Positions 27,599 to 32,000 of a stretch of DNA of 32,000 bases are shown piece after piece (the stretch's first letter is position 1; each line of letters starts with the position of its first letter). Origin of the DNA: Candidatus Saccharimonadota bacterium. GTDB lineage: Bacteria; Patescibacteriota; Saccharimonadia; Saccharimonadales; Saccharimonadaceae. The stretch covers positions 1,049,309-1,081,308 of the forward strand of contig NZ_CP045921.1 of NCBI RefSeq assembly GCF_025273655.1, read 5' to 3'. The position numbers and the translations under genes are program-made. The notes under the pieces were generated by a model, which made no database searches, was not told where the DNA came from, and was given only the letters and a program-made list of their open reading frames with translations.

Positions 27599-28466
27599 CG
27601 TCTTTGCGCCTAAATCCGTCATCGTCCAAGGTATCACCGGTTCCCATGGGTCGTTTCATGCGCGCGCTATGCGTGACTATGGTACAAATGTTGTAGCTGG
27701 CACATCACCAAACAAAGCGGGGGAGTCGGTCGACAGCATCCCCGTGTACCGCACGGTTCGCGATATCCAAGCTGAGCATGAGGTAGACGCCACTGTTATT
27801 TTCGTCCCCGCCAGCGCTGCTCGCGGCGCCATCTTCGAGGCTATTGACGCACATATCCCGCTCATTGTCTGTATCACCGAAGGTATCCCCGTGCACGACA
27901 TGCTAGCCGTCCGCCAGAAGCTCAGTACGAGCAACTGCGTACTTGTCGGCCCAAATAGCCCCGGTATCGCTATGCCTGGCCAATCCAAACTCGGCATCAT
28001 CCCTAGCCACATCCTCTCACCTGGTCGTATCGGCGTCGTGAGTCGCAGCGGTACGCTTACCTACGAAGCAGTGAGTGATCTGACGCGTGCCGGACTTGGC
28101 CAAGCAAGTGTCCTCGGTATTGGTGGTGACTCAATAAAAGGCTTGGATTTCGTCGACTGCCTGGCGCAGTTCGAAGCCGACGAGCGCGTCGATGCAGTCG
28201 TATTGATTGGTGAGATCGGCGGGCAGAGCGAAAATAAAGCCGCCGAATATATCAAAACATCCGCCAGCAAGCCTGTCGTCGCCTACATCGCCGGCCATGC
28301 CGCTCCAGCCGGTGTGCAGCTTGGCCACGCTGGCGCCATACTCGGTACCCAGTCTGAGTCTGCCGTCTACAAATCACAGCAGCTGCGAGACGCTGGGGTA
28401 ACCGTAGTAGACAGTGTGACCGACATCGCTCCGGCAATACAAACAAGGCTAGGAGTCACCACATGA
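27591..28466 (+). CDS. sucD: Succinyl-CoA synthetase alpha-subunit-like protein (CoA-binding, phosphohistidine)
   Basis: VIVQGITGSHGSFHARAMRDYGTNVVAGTSPNKAG, VSRSGTLTYE and the phosphohistidine loop GHAGAIL are all present. SD GGAG lies 6 nt upstream. The start overlaps the sucC-like stop by 8 nt. Confidence 0.9.
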   Translation: MSSVFAPKSVIVQGITGSHGSFHARAMRDYGTNVVAGTSPNKAGESVDSIPVYRTVRDIQAEHEVDATVIFVPASAARGAIFEAIDAHIPLIVCITEGIPVHDMLAVRQKLSTSNCVLVGPNSPGIAMPGQSKLGIIPSHILSPGRIGVVSRSGTLTYEAVSDLTRAGLGQASVLGIGGDSIKGLDFVDCLAQFEADERVDAVVLIGEIGGQSENKAAEYIKTSASKPVVAYIAGHAAPAGVQLGHAGAILGTQSESAVYKSQQLRDAGVTVVDSVTDIAPAIQTRLGVTT

Positions 28467-29554
28467 GTCATATTGCGATCGACGCTCGTATTATCAATAG
28501 TTCTACTGGTAGGTACGTAGAGCGGTTGATAAATTATCTGGAGCAAATTGACCACGAGAATACATATACAGTTCTGGTACCAACAAAAGACAAGGATTTT
28601 TATACTCCAACCAACCCCAATTTTACGATCCAAACTATTGATTTTGCTAATTACTCGTTCGGGGAGCAACTAGGGTTCAAGAAATACCTCGACGAACTCG
28701 GTGCCGATCTTGTGCACTTCTGTATGCCCCAACAGCCTATCCTCTACCAGGGCCGCCACGTGACGACGTTTCATGATCTGACACTCCTCAATACATATAA
28801 TTCCGATAAAAACTGGTTTGTCTTTCATGCCAAGCAGCTTGTTGGTCGTTTCGTATTTCATAGAGTCTGCGCATCGAGCGACCGGATTCTCACACCGACA
28901 TGGACAGTCAAGCATGAACTGGAGGCATTTCACCCGAAGATTGAGCACAAAACTGTTGTCACCTACGAAGCTGCCGACAAACTCCAGGCCGGAAAAGTAA
29001 CTCCATACGACACGCCGTTCAAACGATACCTACTCTATGTAGGGCAGCAAAGCGACTACAAAAACATCAAGCGCCTCGGTGACGCACACCAGAAACTACT
29101 CGAGACCCACCCCGACCTTGGTCTCATTCTTGTCGGTCGCATGAACAAAAGTGCCGAGATGACTAAAGCGTACTTTGATAAAAACGAGTATAAAAATATC
29201 CATTTCACAGGCTTTGTCGAAGATGATCAGCGCGACTGGCTATTCGAGAACTGCGCAGCTTATGTCTTCCCCTCGCTCATGGAGGGATTTGGCTTACCTC
29301 CTCTTGAAGCCATGCAGTACGACGCGCCCGTCGTGAGTAGTAATGCGTCGTGCATGCCAGAAGTGCTCGGCGACGCAGCTCACTATTTCACCCCGACAGA
29401 CACCGATGATATCGCGCGCGCAGTAAATGACGTATTGACCAACGATGCTTTGCGAGAAGAATTGATCTCGAAGGGAAAAGTGCAGCGCGAGAAGTATTCA
29501 TGGCGCAAGATGGCCGAAGAGACGTTGGCGCAGTATCGGATCGCCTTAGAGTGA
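28463..29554 (+). CDS. Glycosyltransferase family 4 (GT-B)
   Basis: FPSLMEGFGLPPLEAMQYDAPVVSSNASCMPEVLGDAA is the EX7E motif. An ATGA overlap joins it to the sucD-like stop (28463-28466). SD AGGAG at 28451-28455. Confidence 0.85.
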   Translation: MSHIAIDARIINSSTGRYVERLINYLEQIDHENTYTVLVPTKDKDFYTPTNPNFTIQTIDFANYSFGEQLGFKKYLDELGADLVHFCMPQQPILYQGRHVTTFHDLTLLNTYNSDKNWFVFHAKQLVGRFVFHRVCASSDRILTPTWTVKHELEAFHPKIEHKTVVTYEAADKLQAGKVTPYDTPFKRYLLYVGQQSDYKNIKRLGDAHQKLLETHPDLGLILVGRMNKSAEMTKAYFDKNEYKNIHFTGFVEDDQRDWLFENCAAYVFPSLMEGFGLPPLEAMQYDAPVVSSNASCMPEVLGDAAHYFTPTDTDDIARAVNDVLTNDALREELISKGKVQREKYSWRKMAEETLAQYRIALE

Positions 29555-29608
29555 AGTTGATCTTAATTGATGAGATTCCAGGACCAGGGCCCGGAATGAC
29601 AGCTGGCG

Positions 29609-30070
29609 CTACGAACTTGCCTGAGCGATAATCAGGCGACGATCACGGCCTTCGCCTTCAGAAAAAGTGCGGATATCGCTATACTCGGTCGCAACCTGGT
29701 GTACCACACGGCGATCGGCAGCATTGAGATCGGCCACGTAGCTATCGCCTGTTTTGCGCACTTCTTCGATCCAGCCACGTGCTTTCTCGGCAAGCTTATC
29801 GGCGCGTTGGCGCTTGTAGTCTGCCACATCGACGTTGACACGCTGCAGCTCGGCGTTCTGATTGCGCAGTACGCTCGCGACGATAGATTGCAGGCTACGC
29901 AGCGTCTCGGCATTGCGGCCAATCAAGAGGCTATTGAGCTCACTTGAACCCACCGAAATGTTGATTACACCATCTTCAACACTTGCTACTACTTCAACAT
30001 TGATTTCAAAAAACGAAATGATATCTTGGACTGTTTTCTGCGCCAAGGCAGCTGATTGTTCCTGATTCAT
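29609..30070 (-). CDS. jag: Jag/KhpB-type RNA-binding protein (KH + R3H domains)
   Basis: The KH GXXG loop is LIGRNAETLRSLQ and the R3H region is AADRRVVHQVATEY...SEGEGRDRRLII. An ATGA overlap joins it to the yidC stop (30067-30070). This is the conserved position after yidC. Confidence 0.85.
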   Translation of the reverse strand: MNQEQSAALAQKTVQDIISFFEINVEVVASVEDGVINISVGSSELNSLLIGRNAETLRSLQSIVASVLRNQNAELQRVNVDVADYKRQRADKLAEKARGWIEEVRKTGDSYVADLNAADRRVVHQVATEYSDIRTFSEGEGRDRRLIIAQASS

Positions 30071-31092
30071 GATTTGCCTCCTTTGCCTGATGTCTTTGCG
30101 ACGACACGGACAGTAGCTTTTTGGCTTGGCTTCTTTTTCTTGGACTTTTGGGACTTGGATTTTACAACTGGAGCTGTCGTGACAACCTCTGCCTTGTGAG
30201 CCTTGGCTTCACGGGCTTTAGCCTTTTTCTCGGCCGCTTCGGTGGCGTCGGTGGCGATATCGGCAATCTCCTCCATCTCCTCTTCGTCGCGCTGGAGCAA
30301 GATATGTTGCTGCAGCACCGCTACAGCCGTGGAGACTGCATAGTAGAGCGCGATAGCACCAGGCAAGGTAAGCATAATTGCCGTCATGAAGACAGGTAGG
30401 AACTTGGTCATTTTCTGCATTACTACAGCATTGATTTCAGACTGGTCAGCTTGTTTGCCATCGGCTGCTTCCGCCATGAGCTGGCGTAGACCTTTTTTAT
30501 CACTACTGGCCTGCTGCGGCATGGTTTGCTTGGACGAAATATACTGCAATGCGCCCGACGCTACCGCCAGGAAGACGAGGAACCAGCTCACGCCGCTCGA
30601 ACTAATCGCGTGCTGAGTTAGGTCGATAACACCGAACAGGTTCTGATTAAACGAATCCGGATACTGGATGAGGTGGGCGACAGGTGGCCACTGCTCAAGG
30701 AACCCGTAGGTAAACTTGGCAAGCTCGTCACGGTGTAGGGTAAAGATCTGGATAACATGATACAAACCGATAAAGATCGGTAGCTGCACTAGTAGAATCA
30801 ACACCGTGCGAAACGGATTGACATTGTGCTTCTTGTAGAGCTCCATCATCATCATGCCTTCAAGCTGCTTGTTGCCTTTGGCCTTTTTCTTGATACGCAC
30901 CAGTTCCGGCTGGAGTTTGCGCATCGCTTTTACTTGGTGAAGTTGCTTCTTCACGAGTGGCCACATGAGCATGCGGATAATGATAGTGAAGATGATAACC
31001 GCGATACCAAAATCGCCCCCAGGAATCAACCCATAAATCACCATCAGGGCATTAAAAATCGGTTGCACCACTATCAGATCAAACGGACTCAC
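30067..31092 (-). CDS. yidC: Membrane protein insertase YidC (short, monoderm type) with a Lys-rich C-terminal tail
   Basis: FGIAVIIFTIIIRMLMWPLVKKQLHQVKAMRKLQPE...MMELYKKHNVNP is the YidC/Oxa1 signature. The start is GTG 31092, preceded by GAGGAAGGTGA. Confidence 0.93.
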   Translation of the reverse strand: MSPFDLIVVQPIFNALMVIYGLIPGGDFGIAVIIFTIIIRMLMWPLVKKQLHQVKAMRKLQPELVRIKKKAKGNKQLEGMMMMELYKKHNVNPFRTVLILLVQLPIFIGLYHVIQIFTLHRDELAKFTYGFLEQWPPVAHLIQYPDSFNQNLFGVIDLTQHAISSSGVSWFLVFLAVASGALQYISSKQTMPQQASSDKKGLRQLMAEAADGKQADQSEINAVVMQKMTKFLPVFMTAIMLTLPGAIALYYAVSTAVAVLQQHILLQRDEEEMEEIADIATDATEAAEKKAKAREAKAHKAEVVTTAPVVKSKSQKSKKKKPSQKATVRVVAKTSGKGGKS

Positions 31093-31142
31093 TTACTTCA
31101 CCTTCCTCATCGGATTATTTACTATTAGTCAGTATACCATTT

Positions 31143-31499
31143 TTACTCTTGTGGCGCGAATACGCCAACATCGGTCAGCTGAGTATAGAGCTGCGCCATA
31201 AGCTCCTCGTACGGCACGAGTGCCACCTCGGCAGTACAGACCATTACCACTACGTCCTGCGCACCAACAAACTCAGCCAAGCGAGCGTGTAGTAAGTGGT
31301 AGACGCGACGGCGAATACGATTGCGACCCACGGCAGATTTGAGGACTTTTTTGCTCACCACGACACTGCAGCGCGGATCCATGCGACGGGAATTGGGAAC
31401 TGCACGCACCATAAATAGACGTGAGCGACTCACTGCGCCGTTGCGATAGACATATTTGAGACTGGCATGACCATGGAATCGGTGTTTTTGGGCTAACAT
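31143..31499 (-). CDS. rnpA: Ribonuclease P protein component
   Basis: 118 aa and basic. VVVSKKVLKSAVGRNRIRRRVYHLL is the RNR motif region. It sits in the conserved position between rpmH and yidC. Confidence 0.9.
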   Translation of the reverse strand: MLAQKHRFHGHASLKYVYRNGAVSRSRLFMVRAVPNSRRMDPRCSVVVSKKVLKSAVGRNRIRRRVYHLLHARLAEFVGAQDVVVMVCTAEVALVPYEELMAQLYTQLTDVGVFAPQE

Positions 31500-31527
31500 G
31501 AGTAGTTTACAGTATACAACACTAGTA

Positions 31528-31555
31528 AAACACCTCGCAACGAGGCAAGGTGTTT
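31528..31555 (-). terminator. Possible intrinsic terminator/attenuator between rpmH and rnpA
   Basis: On the minus strand, CCTCG-TTG-CGAGG (31545-31533) is extendable by G-U pairs and is followed by TGTTTT. An alternative 7-bp stem AAACACC/GGTGTTT exists. The stem is short, so the call is weak. Confidence 0.3.
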
Positions 31556-31579
31556 ATGGTAGGTGTTGTCCCGCGGATC

Positions 31580-31717
31580 TTAGACCGTCAGGCGAGCGCG
31601 GCCTTTAATACGGCGGCGCTTGATCACGGCACGGCCAGCTTTGGTCGAGACGCGAGCACGAAAACCGTGCGTGCGGGCACGGTGACGTGTATGTGGTTGG
31701 TGTGTTCGCTTTGGCAT
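31580..31717 (-). CDS. rpmH: 50S ribosomal protein L34
   Basis: This gene is absent from the ORF track because it is under 60 aa. Manual translation of the minus strand from ATG 31717 gives [45 protein letters not shown], with the typical L34 HGFR and KGR motifs. Confidence 0.9.
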   Translation of the reverse strand: MPKRTHQPHTRHRARTHGFRARVSTKAGRAVIKRRRIKGRARLTV

Positions 31718-31801
31718 ATCTGTACTATTCTATCGTATCTCTGTTAAATATTCAAGGTATCAATCTTGCAAATGTGTCATATCTGTACCCTACTATATGA
31801 C

Positions 31802-31924
31802 TTATCCCCTTTTTGCCTATAGTTTTCCACAATATTACAGATGACATGGCGATCTGTGGAAAAGTTGGCTGCTTCTTTGGTATTTTTTTACATCACCCTA
31901 CTGCTTGTGGAAAACTCTCGCCTT
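31802..31924. other. oriC-like DnaA-box cluster between rpmH and the expected dnaA
   Basis: Against the consensus TTATCCACA: TTTTCCACA at 31823-31831, and its complement TGTGGAAAA at 31855-31863 and 31916-31924. A weaker TTATCCCCT lies at 31802-31810. AT-rich tracts sit at 31879-31890 and 31935-31955. No ORF explains this region. Confidence 0.7.
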
Positions 31925-32000
31925 CTATATAGTTTATATACAGACACCCGGAAGGTATTTCTGGGAAAATAAACTAGCAAGCGAGGGAGATGGAATCACT

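Noticed and set aside
29575-29597. Imperfect hairpin ATTCCAGG...CCGGAAT between the convergent GT4 and jag genes
   Set aside because: The stem is 7 bp with a bulge, and no T/U tract follows on either strand. It is too weak to call a terminator.
31550-31747. 65-aa plus-strand ORF from the supplied track
   Set aside because: It is the antisense shadow of rpmH. The minus strand translates to an unmistakable L34 sequence.
31990-32000. ATG at 31990 (ATGGAATCACT) as a possible dnaA start
   Set aside because: Only 11 nt are visible. The GAGGGAG purine run abuts the ATG with essentially no spacer. This cannot be supported from the window.
1-32000. Search for a mobile element, genomic island boundary, CRISPR array, toxin-antitoxin pair or known defence-system signatures
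   Set aside because: No integrase, transposase or recombinase motifs, no tRNA, no spaced direct-repeat array and no nuclease/helicase/ATPase defence-type ORFs were recognised. The only DNA repeats are intragenic (1698-1852) or short regulatory-scale repeats.

Overview
This window looks like the origin-proximal region of a small monoderm-type bacterial chromosome. A Patescibacteria/Saccharibacteria-like origin is only a guess. The genetic code is standard: TGA acts as a stop in several ATGA/GTGA start-stop overlaps.

Right end: rpmH-rnpA-yidC-jag lie on the minus strand. They are followed by a non-coding AT-rich region with three TTTTCCACA-type DnaA boxes (oriC-like). dnaA is expected at or beyond the window edge.

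The remaining ~27 kb is essentially one large cell-envelope glycan locus. It contains:
- dTDP-rhamnose genes (rmlA plus an rmlC-rmlD fusion);
- seven cytoplasmic glycosyltransferases, two of them two-domain;
- a Wzm/Wzt-type ABC exporter and a pyruvyl transferase;
- three polytopic GT-C-like membrane proteins, one coupled to a GtrA-family protein and an SDR epimerase, with a divergent FAD oxidoreductase;
- a SucC/SucD-like pair unexpectedly coupled into a glycosyltransferase operon.

Two secreted or surface proteins stand out. One is a 5'-truncated beta-helix/FG-GAP repeat protein. The other is a signal-peptide protein ending in two tandem bulb-type (QxDxNxVxY) lectin domains.

I found no rRNA, tRNA, CRISPR array, transposase, integrase or recognisable defence genes. 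The supplied ORF track starts ORFs at TTG/GTG as well as ATG, so several starts were re-derived by reading the DNA. All functional calls rest on motif recognition by eye; no database search was possible.
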